Below, piece after piece: positions 9,794 through 19,048 of a stretch of DNA of 47,114 nt (position 1 is its first letter; each line of letters starts with the position of its first letter). This DNA comes from Candidatus Eiseniibacteriota bacterium. Lineage in GTDB: Bacteria; Eisenbacteria; RBG-16-71-46; DASYSL01. Position numbers and translations under genes: made by a program. The stretch covers positions 1 through 47,114 of the forward strand of contig JBKJJJ010000203.1 in assembly GCA_046598045.1 (NCBI GenBank), given 5' to 3'. The notes beneath the pieces are model-generated. The model saw only the letters and a list, made by a program, of their open reading frames with translations. It searched no databases and had not been told where the DNA came from.

Positions 9794-10434
9794 GCTTCCC
9801 TCCTGAGTTCGTCGTTTGCAGCCACCGGCACGAGCCGCCCTACGCGGGAGCGCTCCGCCTCTACGATCGCCGAGACCTGGGACAGGGCCTTTTTTAGATT
9901 CTCGTTCACGACCACATAATCGTATTCGTGCCACCGAAGCATCTCTCCCGGAGCGTTCGAGAGGCGCCGGGCGATCTCCGCCCCATCGTCCTGGTTGCGG
10001 GCCCGGAGGCGTTCACGCAGGCTCTCGAGGGACGGTGGATAGACGAAGATGTAGACACCGTCCGGGTGCCCGGCCTTGATTGCGAGGCCGCCCTGGACGT
10101 CGATGTTCAGCAGCACGATCTTGCCCTGCTCGATCGACTCTTCGACGAAGCGCTTCGGCGTGCCGTACCCGTAGCCGTGCACCTCGGCATACTCCAGGAA
10201 CTCCCCGGCCTTGACCCTCGCCTCGAACTCGGCCCGGTCATAGAAGAAGTAGTCCCGCCCGTCCTGCTCTCCCGGCCGAGGCGCTCGTGTGGTGGCCGAG
10301 ATCGAGCGCACCGTATCCCGGCGTTCTCTCAGGAGCTGAGTGCAGAACGACGTCTTGCCCACTCCCGACGGCCCCGAGATCACGACCAGGAACCCCCGGC
10401 GCAGGAAGCCCGAGGGGGGCGTCTCACTCGACAT
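9790..10434 (-). CDS. gmk: Guanylate kinase
   Basis: ISGPSGVGKT, SATTRAPRPGEQDGRDYFF, YGTP, IDVQG, YDYVVVN. Confidence 0.97.
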   Translation of the reverse strand: MSSETPPSGFLRRGFLVVISGPSGVGKTSFCTQLLRERRDTVRSISATTRAPRPGEQDGRDYFFYDRAEFEARVKAGEFLEYAEVHGYGYGTPKRFVEESIEQGKIVLLNIDVQGGLAIKAGHPDGVYIFVYPPSLESLRERLRARNQDDGAEIARRLSNAPGEMLRWHEYDYVVVNENLKKALSQVSAIVEAERSRVGRLVPVAANDELRREA

Positions 10435-11302
10435 TGGCCACCTGTTCGCGCAGCTTCTCGACCTCGTCCTTGAGCTCGATCACCACCTCGGCGATGACCG
10501 CGTCATTGCCCTTGGAGCCGAGCGTGTTGACCTCGCGGTTCATCTCCTGCAGCAGGAAGTTGAGCTTGCGCCCCGCCAGCTCGGCGTCGATGAACAGTCG
10601 CCGGAACTGCGACAGGTGCGCCCTGAGGCGCACGCACTCCTCGGTGCAATCGAGCCGCTCCGCGAGGAATGCCACCTCCTGCGCCACCCGAACCGGGTCC
10701 ACCGCGATGTCGCCGAGCAGCGGCTTGAGCCGGGCGAGCATGCGCTCCTGCGCCTCTTTCGGGCGCAGGGGGGCGCGCTCCTCGGCGCGGAGCAGCAACT
10801 CTTCGATGCGGCGCAGCCGGGTTTCGAACTCGCGCAGCAGGGCATCGCCCTCGCGCTGCTTCATCTGGGCCATGTTGTCGAGGCAGGCCTCGATCACCTG
10901 CTTGACCTGGCCCCACAGCTTTTCCTCGTCGACCGCCGCCCGCTCCCACTGGAACACGTCGCCCAACGAGGCCACGGCGCGCACGTCGATATCTCCGTTA
11001 AGCTTATATTTGGCTTTGAGTTCCGTCATTGCCTCGACGTACTGGCGAGCCACGTCGTGGTTGACCTTGAGCCTGCCGCCGGCGTCCTCGTAGCCCTCCC
11101 AGGACACCGACAGGTTGATCTTTCCGCGGGCCAGCCGGTCCGTCAGGAGCTGCCGAACGGGCCCCTCGAGGCCGGAGATGGAGCGCGGAAGTCGAAGGGA
11201 GATCTCACAATAGCGGTGATTGACGCTGCGGATCTCGGCGCTCAGGCGACCCTGCTCGGTCCCCAGTTCGGCCGCTCCGTAGCCGGTCATGCTGCGGATC
11301 AT
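10424..11302 (-). CDS. yicC: YicC/YloC family endoribonuclease
   Basis: MIRSMTGYG, RSVNHRY, EE..RL..H, GRKLNFLLQEMNREVNTLGSK, REQVANVE. Confidence 0.95.
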   Translation of the reverse strand: MIRSMTGYGAAELGTEQGRLSAEIRSVNHRYCEISLRLPRSISGLEGPVRQLLTDRLARGKINLSVSWEGYEDAGGRLKVNHDVARQYVEAMTELKAKYKLNGDIDVRAVASLGDVFQWERAAVDEEKLWGQVKQVIEACLDNMAQMKQREGDALLREFETRLRRIEELLLRAEERAPLRPKEAQERMLARLKPLLGDIAVDPVRVAQEVAFLAERLDCTEECVRLRAHLSQFRRLFIDAELAGRKLNFLLQEMNREVNTLGSKGNDAVIAEVVIELKDEVEKLREQVANVE

Positions 11303-11326
11303 GCTTTCCCCCCTCGTGTGGGCCGT

Positions 11327-11355
11327 AACTTATGAAAAGAAAAGGGGATTGTCAA
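11327..11355 (-). promoter_or_regulatory. sigma70-type promoter of the yicC operon
   Basis: TTGACA (11355-11350), 17 nt, TAAGTT (11332-11327), 24 nt upstream of the yicC ATG. Confidence 0.75.
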
Positions 11356-11378
11356 GCCGCCCGGGGCCGCCGGTCGCC

Positions 11379-11407
11379 TTGCGCGAGGCGTCCCACGCGG
11401 CTATTTT
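11379..11407 (+). promoter_or_regulatory. sigma70-type promoter of the desulfurase-thiI operon (near-leaderless)
   Basis: TTGCGC, 17 nt, TATTTT; ATG 9 nt downstream with no SD. Confidence 0.55.
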
Positions 11408-11416
11408 GGCCTGACC

Positions 11417-12586
11417 ATGATCTATCTCGACCACGCCGCCACGACCCCGGTTCGCCCGGAGGTCCTCGAAGCCATGCTCCCCTACTTCACGGAGCACTTC
11501 GGGAACCCCTCATCCGTCCACCGGGTCGGCCTCTCCGCCTCCGACGGCGTGCTGCGCGCCCGCCGCACGCTCGCCGAGCTGCTCGGCATTCCCACCAGCG
11601 GGGTGGTGTTCACCGCTGGCGGGACCGAGGCGGACGTGCTCGCGCTGCGCGGGGTCTTCGCGCGCCCGGCGCAGCGGCCGCGCTCGCTCGTGGTCTCGGC
11701 GATCGAACACCCGGCCGTGCTCGAGACCGCGCGCGTCCTGGCGGCGAGCGGCGTCGAGTTGCGCATCGCGGGCGTGGACGCCGAGGGCCGCGTCGATCCC
11801 GCCGCCGTCGCTGCCCTGGTCGACGCCACGACCGCGCTGGTCTCGGTCATGCATGTCAACAACGAGACCGGTGCCGTCCAGCCCATCGTCGCCCTGTCGC
11901 GCGCGGTCAAGGCGGCGAACCCGCGCACGCTGGTGCACGTCGACGCGGTGCAGTCGTTCGCGCGCTACCCGGTGACATTCGCGCGCTGGCCCGACGTCGA
12001 CCTGGTGTCGATCGCGGGCCACAAGATCTACGGCCCGAAGGGCGTGGGCGCTCTGTTCGTGCGGCCGGGCACGCATCTCGCGCCGGTCGTCACCGGCGGC
12101 GGCCAGGAGGCGGGCCTGCGCTCGGGCACGCACAACGTCCCGGGCATCGTCGGCCTGGCCGAGGCGGCGCGACTGTCGTCGGCCACCGCTTCCGAGGACC
12201 TGGCGCGCTACGCGGCGCTGGCCATGCGCTTCCTCGAGGGTCTCGCCGCCCGCGTGCCCGATGCCGCGCTCAACGGCGCGCGCGACGAGCAGGCGCCCTA
12301 CGAAAAGCGCGCGCCGTGGATCGTCAACGTGCGCATCCCGGGCGCTCCGGCCGAGCCGCTGTTGCACGCGCTCGAGGAGGCGGGGGTCATGGCCTCGGCG
12401 GGCTCGGCCTGCCACGCCGGCGACAAGAGCCTCTCGCACGTGCTCGCCGCGATGGGCCTGAGCAACGAGAGCGGCGCGTGCCTCCGGTTCTCGTTCGGGC
12501 GCGCCACGACCGAGGCGCACGTCGACACCGCACTCGACGCGCTCGCCGCCCACCTGCCCCGCCTCAGGGCGGCGGCCCGGGCCTGA
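11417..12586 (+). CDS. iscS: Cysteine desulfurase (IscS/NifS group I, NifZ-like partner of ThiI)
   Basis: IYLDHAATT, GNPSS.H, IEHPAV, NNETG, HVDAVQ, GHKIYGPKG, RSGT.N, SAGSAC. Confidence 0.92.
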   Translation: MIYLDHAATTPVRPEVLEAMLPYFTEHFGNPSSVHRVGLSASDGVLRARRTLAELLGIPTSGVVFTAGGTEADVLALRGVFARPAQRPRSLVVSAIEHPAVLETARVLAASGVELRIAGVDAEGRVDPAAVAALVDATTALVSVMHVNNETGAVQPIVALSRAVKAANPRTLVHVDAVQSFARYPVTFARWPDVDLVSIAGHKIYGPKGVGALFVRPGTHLAPVVTGGGQEAGLRSGTHNVPGIVGLAEAARLSSATASEDLARYAALAMRFLEGLAARVPDAALNGARDEQAPYEKRAPWIVNVRIPGAPAEPLLHALEEAGVMASAGSACHAGDKSLSHVLAAMGLSNESGACLRFSFGRATTEAHVDTALDALAAHLPRLRAAARA

Positions 12587-12593
12587 GGCGAAC

Positions 12594-13856
12594 GTGTCCA
12601 CGATCCTTCCGCACCCGGACGAGCGCATCACTCCCGCGCCCGAGTTCGCGCCCTACGACGCGATCGTCGTGCGCTACTCGGAGATCTTCCTCAAGGGCGA
12701 GAATCGCCGCCTGTTCGAGGACGTGCTCGTGAAGAACATGCAGCGCGCGCTCCACGCCACCGGCATGCACGGGCTGCGCGTGCGCCGGCATCACGCGCGC
12801 CTCCTGGTCGAGCCCGAGCCCGGCGCGCCGTCGGCCGCGCACGCCGCACAGCGGCTCGAGGACGCGCTGCCGACCGTGTTGCGCGTGTTCGGCGCGTCCT
12901 CGGCGAGCCTCGCGGTGTCGGTGCCGAAGGACCTGCTCAGGATCGCTGCGCGCGGCGCGGGCGCGCTGGTCTCGGCGGCGCGCGACACCGGAGCGCGCAC
13001 GTTCAAGGTCGCGGCGCGGAGATCGGACAAGCACTTCGCGCACGGCTCGGCGGAGATGAACGACATCGTCGGCCACGCGGCGCGCATGGCCAGCGGGCTG
13101 ACCGTCGACGTGAAGGACCCCGACCTCACGCTCGTGGTCGAGATCGGGCCCGAGCTCTCGTTCGTCAGTGCACACTCCGCGCGCGGGCCGGGAGGGCTGC
13201 CCGTGGGCGTGAGCGGCAACGTCACGCTGCTGCTCTCGGGCGGGATCGACTCGCCGGTCGCGGGCTGGCTGTGTCAGAAGCGTGGTTGCCGCCTGAACGC
13301 GGTCTACTTCCACGCGTTCCCCTACACCGGCGACGGCACGAAGCAGAAGGTGCTCGAACTCGCGCGCCAGCTCGGCCGCGCGCAGGGCGGGATGCGCGTC
13401 ACCGTGGTCCCGTTCGCCGCGTTCCAGGAGGCGTGCAAGGGCACGGTGCCGCCGCGGCTGCTGGTCGTGGTCTATCGCCGGGCGATGGCACGCCTCGCCG
13501 CGCGCGTGGCGCACAGCGAGGATTCGCCCGCGATCGCGACCGGCGACAACCTCGGCCAGGTCGCGAGCCAGACCGTGACCAACCTCGGCACGATCGAGCG
13601 CGCGATCGACCTGCCGGTCCTCCGGCCGCTGTTGACCTACGACAAGAACGAGATCATCGCGGGTGCGAAGCGGATCGGCACGTTCGAAACCTCTATTCTG
13701 CCGTTCGACGATTGCTGCGCGCTGTTCGCGCCCCGCCATCCGGCGACGCGCGTGCTGCCCGGCGACGCGCTCGACGCCGAGCGCCGCGTGGCCGATTACG
13801 ACGCGCTGCTCGAGGCCGCGTTCGCGGCGCGGGAGATCGTGGACCTCGAGGGATGA
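12594..13856 (+). CDS. thiI: tRNA 4-thiouridine synthase ThiI (no rhodanese domain)
   Basis: RYSEIFLKGENR, THUMP domain, GPGGLPVG, PP-loop LSGGIDSPVA, LGQVASQT, RPLL, DCC. Confidence 0.95.
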   Translation: MSTILPHPDERITPAPEFAPYDAIVVRYSEIFLKGENRRLFEDVLVKNMQRALHATGMHGLRVRRHHARLLVEPEPGAPSAAHAAQRLEDALPTVLRVFGASSASLAVSVPKDLLRIAARGAGALVSAARDTGARTFKVAARRSDKHFAHGSAEMNDIVGHAARMASGLTVDVKDPDLTLVVEIGPELSFVSAHSARGPGGLPVGVSGNVTLLLSGGIDSPVAGWLCQKRGCRLNAVYFHAFPYTGDGTKQKVLELARQLGRAQGGMRVTVVPFAAFQEACKGTVPPRLLVVVYRRAMARLAARVAHSEDSPAIATGDNLGQVASQTVTNLGTIERAIDLPVLRPLLTYDKNEIIAGAKRIGTFETSILPFDDCCALFAPRHPATRVLPGDALDAERRVADYDALLEAAFAAREIVDLEG

Positions 13857-14500
13857 GCACGGCGCCGCAGGACGCGATCCGGCGGGCCGGCCAGGCGCTG
13901 GTGCGCCACCAGGCGGTCGCGATCCCGCTCGCCTACGTCGGCCTGATCCTGCTCGGCATGTTCCACATGGCACTCTACTTCGTACAGTTCCGGCTCAACG
14001 CGCTCGATTTCGCGGACCCGAGCGACTTCCTGCTCGCGCCGATGGCCGACCCGCTCGTGATCGTAGTCTCGGTCGCGCCGTTCCCGATCTTCGCGTTGCT
14101 CCGGAGGTTTGACCGCTGGTTTGGCGCCCACATGCGGCGCCTGCGCAAGAAGCCGAACGACGAAGCCGCACAGGCCCGGCTCGATCGCCAGTATCGCGTC
14201 CTGCAGGTCGTGGGGACGGTGCTCTGGATCCTCGCATTCAGCCTGACCTACGCGCGCTGGCGCGCGGACCGCATCCTCGAGGGCCACACCTCACGCGTGC
14301 GGGTCCAGCTCACGAACGGCGAGCGCCTGGGGTCCGCCGGCGACTCGACCGTGGCCCTGATCGGCACCACGACGCAGTACGCGTTCTTCTATTCCGGCCG
14401 GAGCGACTCCTCGACCGGCGCCCCCGCGGTCACCGTGGTGCCGGTCGGGAACGTGGCGCGCATGGACGTCAAGCCGCCGCGGCGGCATCGCTCGCGTTAG
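13853..14500 (+). CDS. Hypothetical membrane protein (about 3 TM plus soluble C-terminal domain)
   Basis: ATGA overlap with the thiI stop; MSTAPQD... with hydrophobic segments; 215 aa. Confidence 0.75.
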   Translation: MSTAPQDAIRRAGQALVRHQAVAIPLAYVGLILLGMFHMALYFVQFRLNALDFADPSDFLLAPMADPLVIVVSVAPFPIFALLRRFDRWFGAHMRRLRKKPNDEAAQARLDRQYRVLQVVGTVLWILAFSLTYARWRADRILEGHTSRVRVQLTNGERLGSAGDSTVALIGTTTQYAFFYSGRSDSSTGAPAVTVVPVGNVARMDVKPPRRHRSR

Positions 14501-15135
14501 CCGGGATCGCGCTCGCGCACCAGCTTCGCCATTTCCTCCGCCACATCCCCGCCGCACCGCGTCAGCCCCGCGATCACGCCCTCGCGATCGGCCGCGTCGC
14601 GATTCTGGCTGACCTTCCATTTGCCGACGAGCCGCGCGATCGGGATCTCGATCCCGACGATCGCGGTGAGCATCTTCTCGATGAACTCGGGCGGGGCGTC
14701 GGTGACGGCCCAGGGCTCGGGCTCGTGGCGCTCCTGGGTGACGGTCATGAGACTCACGTGCGCGCGGAGCCAGTCGGCGTCGTCGATCGCGCGCGCCGTG
14801 CCGGTCGCGTGGACGGTCGCGTAATTCCAGGTCGGGACCACGCGGCCATGTTCCTGCTTGGCCGCATACCACGAGGGCGTCACGTACGCGTCCGCGCCCT
14901 GGAACACGACCAGCGACGGCACGCCGGGCGCGAGCGCCTTCCACGCGGGGTTCGCGCGCGCGACGTGGCCGTAGAGCGTCCCGAACTCGCCCCGTGCGGG
15001 ATCGAGCAGGAACGGGATGTGGTTCGCGACCAGTTCGCCATCGACGAGCGTGACCCACGTGCCGAGCGGATGGGCCTCGATCAATTCGTGAAGCGCGGGC
15101 AGCTCGGTGACCTCGTAATGGCGGGGTAGGTACAT
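14497..15135 (-). CDS. FMN-binding negative transcriptional regulator (PaiB family)
   Basis: MYLPRHY, GHVARANP, YVTPSWY, VPTWNY..VH, GKWKVSQNR. Confidence 0.92.
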   Translation of the reverse strand: MYLPRHYEVTELPALHELIEAHPLGTWVTLVDGELVANHIPFLLDPARGEFGTLYGHVARANPAWKALAPGVPSLVVFQGADAYVTPSWYAAKQEHGRVVPTWNYATVHATGTARAIDDADWLRAHVSLMTVTQERHEPEPWAVTDAPPEFIEKMLTAIVGIEIPIARLVGKWKVSQNRDAADREGVIAGLTRCGGDVAEEMAKLVRERDPG

Positions 15136-15145
15136 GGCGGGCTCG

Positions 15146-15457
15146 TCAGTCCTTCTTGAACAGCGAGTTCAGCTTTTCGCGCGCGGCCTGCTCGCGCGTC
15201 TGCGCGCGCGCGGCCCCTGGCTGCGCGGGCTTGGTCGAGACGACCTTGAAGTAGTCGCAGAAATTCGATGCGCGCCGGTTGTCGACGCGCTCGGCCTGCG
15301 GCTCGTGGCATTCGTTGTAGGCCTTCGGGTCGTAGTGTGCGCACTGCACACAGGCATGGAGGTCGGCGCCGCATTTCTCGCAGGTCGCGGTGCGGCCGAC
15401 GACGCCGCCGGGGCTGTGGCGATATTCGGTCGAGCACATCTGGCAAAACGCGGCCAT
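15146..15457 (-). CDS. Hypothetical Cys-rich putative metal-binding protein
   Basis: CQMC, CEKC, HACVQC, NECHE, NFCDYF (8 Cys in 103 aa); tightly packed between its neighbours. Confidence 0.8.
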   Translation of the reverse strand: MAAFCQMCSTEYRHSPGGVVGRTATCEKCGADLHACVQCAHYDPKAYNECHEPQAERVDNRRASNFCDYFKVVSTKPAQPGAARAQTREQAAREKLNSLFKKD

Positions 15458-15459
15458 GG

Positions 15460-15879
15460 CTAGTCCCCCGCCTCCCGTTCAAGTTCCCCGCCCCACGAGG
15501 CCGGGTCAACGTCGGCCAGGGTCTGCGAGAACGTCCACGCGTGACCACCCACGTCCTGCACCGTGTACTGCCGCTCGCCGTAGGGATGATCCGCCGGGGC
15601 GCGCAGCACCCGGGCGCCGTGCGCGGTGGCACGGGCGTGATGGGCGTCGACATCCCCGACGCGCACGAGCACGGCATGCGCGCAACCAGTCTCGGCGCCG
15701 CTCTCGACGACGATCACCGCTCCGCCGCCGGGCACATTGAGCTGAACGCGATGATCCGCGATGCGCAGGCGCACCGCGAACCCGAAAGCATCGCACAGCC
15801 AGGCGGCAGCCGCGGGCACGTCGGCATAGGCGAATTCGGGGAGGACGACCGAGTCGGGGATCGAGCGATTGGGGATCAT
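15460..15879 (-). CDS. VOC/glyoxalase family protein
   Basis: YADVPAAAAWLCDAFGF, VGDVDAHHARA, PYGERQY..QDVGGH.WTF. Confidence 0.9.
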   Translation of the reverse strand: MIPNRSIPDSVVLPEFAYADVPAAAAWLCDAFGFAVRLRIADHRVQLNVPGGGAVIVVESGAETGCAHAVLVRVGDVDAHHARATAHGARVLRAPADHPYGERQYTVQDVGGHAWTFSQTLADVDPASWGGELEREAGD

Positions 15880-15880
15880 T

Positions 15881-16528
15881 TCAGCCCTTTCTCACGAACT
15901 CGAGATGGGTCACGCCGGGCGCATCGACCCCGCGCAAGAGTACGAGGCCGTGCAGGGCATCGCCCAACCCCTCGAACAGGCGCTCGCCGCCGCCGAGCAG
16001 CGTCGGGGCGATGTGCAGCAGCATCTCGTCGACGAGCCCGGCGGCCAGGTACTCCCGCGCCGCGTGCGCCCCGCCGGCGAGCGTCACGTCCTTGCCGCCC
16101 GCGGCGCGGATCGCCTGCGCGAGCGCGGACGCGATGCCGTCGGTGACGAACGAGAACGTCGTCCCGCCCTCCATCACGAGCGGCGCGCGGGCGTGGTGCG
16201 TGAGCACGAACACCGGGTGGTGAAACGGCGGGTTCGCGCCCCACCATCCGGTCCATGGCTCCTGCTCGTTCCACGCGCCGGGCCCGCCGCCGAACATGTT
16301 CCGGCCCATGATCGTGGCGCCGATGTTCGACTGCGCGGCCTCGAGCACCGTGGTGCTGGCGTTGACCTCGCCGCCGTCCTCGCCATGCATCTTCCGCCAG
16401 AACGCGAGCGGGAAGACCCATTCATGAAGCCGCATGCCGCCGATGCCGAGCGGGTTCTCCAGGCTTTGGTCGGGTCCGGCGCAGTAGCCGTCGAGGGACA
16501 TTGCGATGCGGAAGCGCAATTTGGACAT
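15881..16528 (-). CDS. Dihydrofolate reductase-like / RibD C-terminal domain protein
   Basis: MSLDGY, IMGRNMF, PVFVLTH, GGA, GLVDEM, PTLLGGGERLF. Confidence 0.9.
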   Translation of the reverse strand: MSKLRFRIAMSLDGYCAGPDQSLENPLGIGGMRLHEWVFPLAFWRKMHGEDGGEVNASTTVLEAAQSNIGATIMGRNMFGGGPGAWNEQEPWTGWWGANPPFHHPVFVLTHHARAPLVMEGGTTFSFVTDGIASALAQAIRAAGGKDVTLAGGAHAAREYLAAGLVDEMLLHIAPTLLGGGERLFEGLGDALHGLVLLRGVDAPGVTHLEFVRKG

Positions 16529-16657
16529 GGCTAGTAGATCCCCGAAGAATGGCGAGCCTCGCGTTGCGATCCGCGAACAGACGTCCGAACTTCATCCCGA
16601 TTCTCCCCGCCGCCCCGCCGCTGTCCTTTCGCGGCCGATTCGCGCACTATACGCGGC

Positions 16658-18391
16658 ATGGATCCGAACGTCCTCTCCCGACTCACGCCCGTGTGGCGTG
16701 AAGAACTCGTGGGCGCGCAGTTCGCCGGCATGCGCCCGGCGGACGGCGGGCTCGCGCTGGTCTTCGATCGCGCTCCCGAGGGCGCGCGCCCCGGCCGCCG
16801 CAGCGTGCTGACGCTCCGGCTGGCCGCGCCGGTGTGGGCGTGGACCGCGCCCCAGCCCGCGGGAGCGGCCCTCGACTGGTCGTTCCGCCTGCCCGCGGGC
16901 GCGGTCCTCGCCGCGCTCGAGCTGCCCGCCGGCGACCGCCGCCTCGTGCTCGACCTCGTGACCCACCGCATTCATCTCGAGCTCTGGCCGCCCGGCAACG
17001 TGCTGGTCGAGGAGGCCGCGGGCCGCCTCGTGTGGTGCGCGCGCACACGCCCCGCGTCCACATTCCGCGCGGAGCTCGCACCCGACCTGCCCTATGCGCC
17101 GCCGGCGCCGCCGCTCGCGCGCGATCCGCTCCTCGTGCCCGAGGACGAACTGGCGGCCTGGCTCGTGAACTCCGCCGCCGACGCGGGAGAGCGACTCACG
17201 CGGCTCACGCGCGACTATGCCGGACTACCCAAGGGACTGCTCGAGGCGCTCGCGCCCACGCTCCCGCGCGGACTCGTCGCCGAGGGCGCGATCGCCCCGG
17301 CGAGCGCCCCGGCGCTCGCGCGCGAATTCGTCGAGTGGGCGCGGGCCTCCTACGGTGAGACGCCCCCCGTGCGCGGGTATGTATGGAGCGGGCCGTCCCC
17401 GGGGGTCACGCTGCTGACGAGGGCGCTCACGCCGTCGGGCGAGGTGCGGTTCGTCGGTTCGTACGGATCGTGGGCCGACGCGGCGCGCGAGGTGGCCGGC
17501 GCGATGCCGCCGCCCGTGGACGCGGCGCGCATCACGGCGGCCAAGGCCGTACTCAAGCGCGTGGAGCGCGCCGAGCACGCGATCAACGCGCAGCTCGAGG
17601 AGGCCGCGCGCGCCGGGGCGATTCGCGCGCAGGCGACCGCGCTCGCGGCGTTCCTGCCGCGCGTGCCGCGGGGCGCGTCCGAGGTCTCGTTGCCGGATCC
17701 GGCCGAGCCGTCGCGCACACTCCTGATCGCGCTCGACCCCAGGCTCAAGCCGCACGAGAACGTCGACCGCTTGTTCAAGCGCGCGGGCAAGCTCGAGCGC
17801 GTCGCCGAGCAGGCGCCCGCGCGGCTCGCCGAGGTGCGCAAGCAGATCGAACGCGCCCGCCTTGCGCTCGCCGCCGCCGAGCGCGGCGAGCCCTCCGAGA
17901 CGCGCCCGCGCGCGCGCCGCGCGGCCGCGCCGGGCTCATCCATGCTGCCCGAGATCGACGACGGCAAGAAGAAGCGCGACAAGACGCCGTCGGCGCTCGT
18001 GCCGCGCCGCTACCGCACGGTCGAGGGCTGGGAAGTGATGATCGGCAAGAACAACCAGGGAAACGATCACCTGACCCACCGCCTCGCGCGCCCCGAGGAC
18101 TACTGGATGCACGTCCACGGAGCCGCGGGATCGCACGTCGTGATCCGGCGCGGCAAGGGCCCGAACGAGCCGAGCAAGTCGACGGTGCAGGAGGTCGCCG
18201 GCTGGGCCGCGTTTTTCTCGCAGGCGCGAGATGCGGGCACGGTGCCGGTGACGGTGACGCAGAAGAAGTACGTCTCGAAGCCGCGCAAGGCGCCGGCCGG
18301 GCTGGCGCACGTGCTGCGCTCGACGACCGTGTTCGCGCGACCGGTCGAGCCGCCGGATGCGGCGCGCGTCGACGAGGGCGGGGTGGGTTAA
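16658..18391 (+). CDS. rqcH: NFACT/RqcH (FbpA) family ribosome quality-control protein
   Basis: IALDPRL..HENVDRLFKR, coiled coil, NFACT-R motifs IGKNNQGNDHLT, WMHV.GAAGSHV, KYVSKPRKAPAG; N-terminal domain divergent. Confidence 0.85.
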   Translation: MDPNVLSRLTPVWREELVGAQFAGMRPADGGLALVFDRAPEGARPGRRSVLTLRLAAPVWAWTAPQPAGAALDWSFRLPAGAVLAALELPAGDRRLVLDLVTHRIHLELWPPGNVLVEEAAGRLVWCARTRPASTFRAELAPDLPYAPPAPPLARDPLLVPEDELAAWLVNSAADAGERLTRLTRDYAGLPKGLLEALAPTLPRGLVAEGAIAPASAPALAREFVEWARASYGETPPVRGYVWSGPSPGVTLLTRALTPSGEVRFVGSYGSWADAAREVAGAMPPPVDAARITAAKAVLKRVERAEHAINAQLEEAARAGAIRAQATALAAFLPRVPRGASEVSLPDPAEPSRTLLIALDPRLKPHENVDRLFKRAGKLERVAEQAPARLAEVRKQIERARLALAAAERGEPSETRPRARRAAAPGSSMLPEIDDGKKKRDKTPSALVPRRYRTVEGWEVMIGKNNQGNDHLTHRLARPEDYWMHVHGAAGSHVVIRRGKGPNEPSKSTVQEVAGWAAFFSQARDAGTVPVTVTQKKYVSKPRKAPAGLAHVLRSTTVFARPVEPPDAARVDEGGVG

Positions 18392-18448
18392 CGAAACGGT
18401 GGTGAGTTCCGACCCCGCCGACCCGGAGCAAGACAAGGGCGTTCGCGA

Positions 18449-19048
18449 TCAATCGATGAACACAGGAAGCCAGGGCGGATCGCGAGGAAGCGCCCGGTAC
18501 GATGAGCGGCCCTCGAGCATGGCCCGGAGCCTCTTCCTGAATTCGAGAAGCCCGGGTTCCTCGGGGTCGACGGCCCTTGAATGCGGGCCTGCCATCCGGG
18601 GAACGAGCTCGGAGATTGTCGGATCCCAGTCCACGCGATGACTCGTCGAGTCCGCGATCGCCTCGATGCGGATCTGGCGGGGGTCGGGACTTCCCTGCAA
18701 GCCGCGTCCAACCTGCCCAGGGGCCTCGAAGAACCCGGCACCGACGAGCAACGCCCAGAGGGTGTCCCGCTCGGCGCCGGTGAGCACGACGTGTGTCGTT
18801 GCGTCCGGATCAGGGGCGGGATGCCGCGTCACCAGTCCGGTCTCGGAATCGTACCGCTCGAAGCCTGTCGTGATCGTGAACTCGAATCGTCCGCGCGGAG
18901 GGATCGATCGCGGCGCGGTGCTGGAGTGCCCGCGAACGACGAGCACCTTGCCGTACGGAAACCATGTCTCCGGCTCCCGATCCACCGTGCGCCCACACCG
19001 GGCCAGCGCGACCACGACCGCCCCGATGACGAGCGCGCTATTTCGCAC
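18449..19048 (-). CDS. Hypothetical exported protein / possible lipoprotein
   Basis: Signal-like [18 protein letters not shown]; overlaps the selB stop by 11 nt; fills the selB-rqcH gap. Confidence 0.6.
   Translation of the reverse strand: MRNSALVIGAVVVALARCGRTVDREPETWFPYGKVLVVRGHSSTAPRSIPPRGRFEFTITTGFERYDSETGLVTRHPAPDPDATTHVVLTGAERDTLWALLVGAGFFEAPGQVGRGLQGSPDPRQIRIEAIADSTSHRVDWDPTISELVPRMAGPHSRAVDPEEPGLLEFRKRLRAMLEGRSSYRALPRDPPWLPVFID

Noticed and set aside
9790..11350. Visibly more AT-rich patches in gmk/yicC as a sign of horizontal transfer
   Set aside because: Core genes in a canonical yicC-gmk-rpoZ-coaBC order, no mobility signals, and composition was not quantified.
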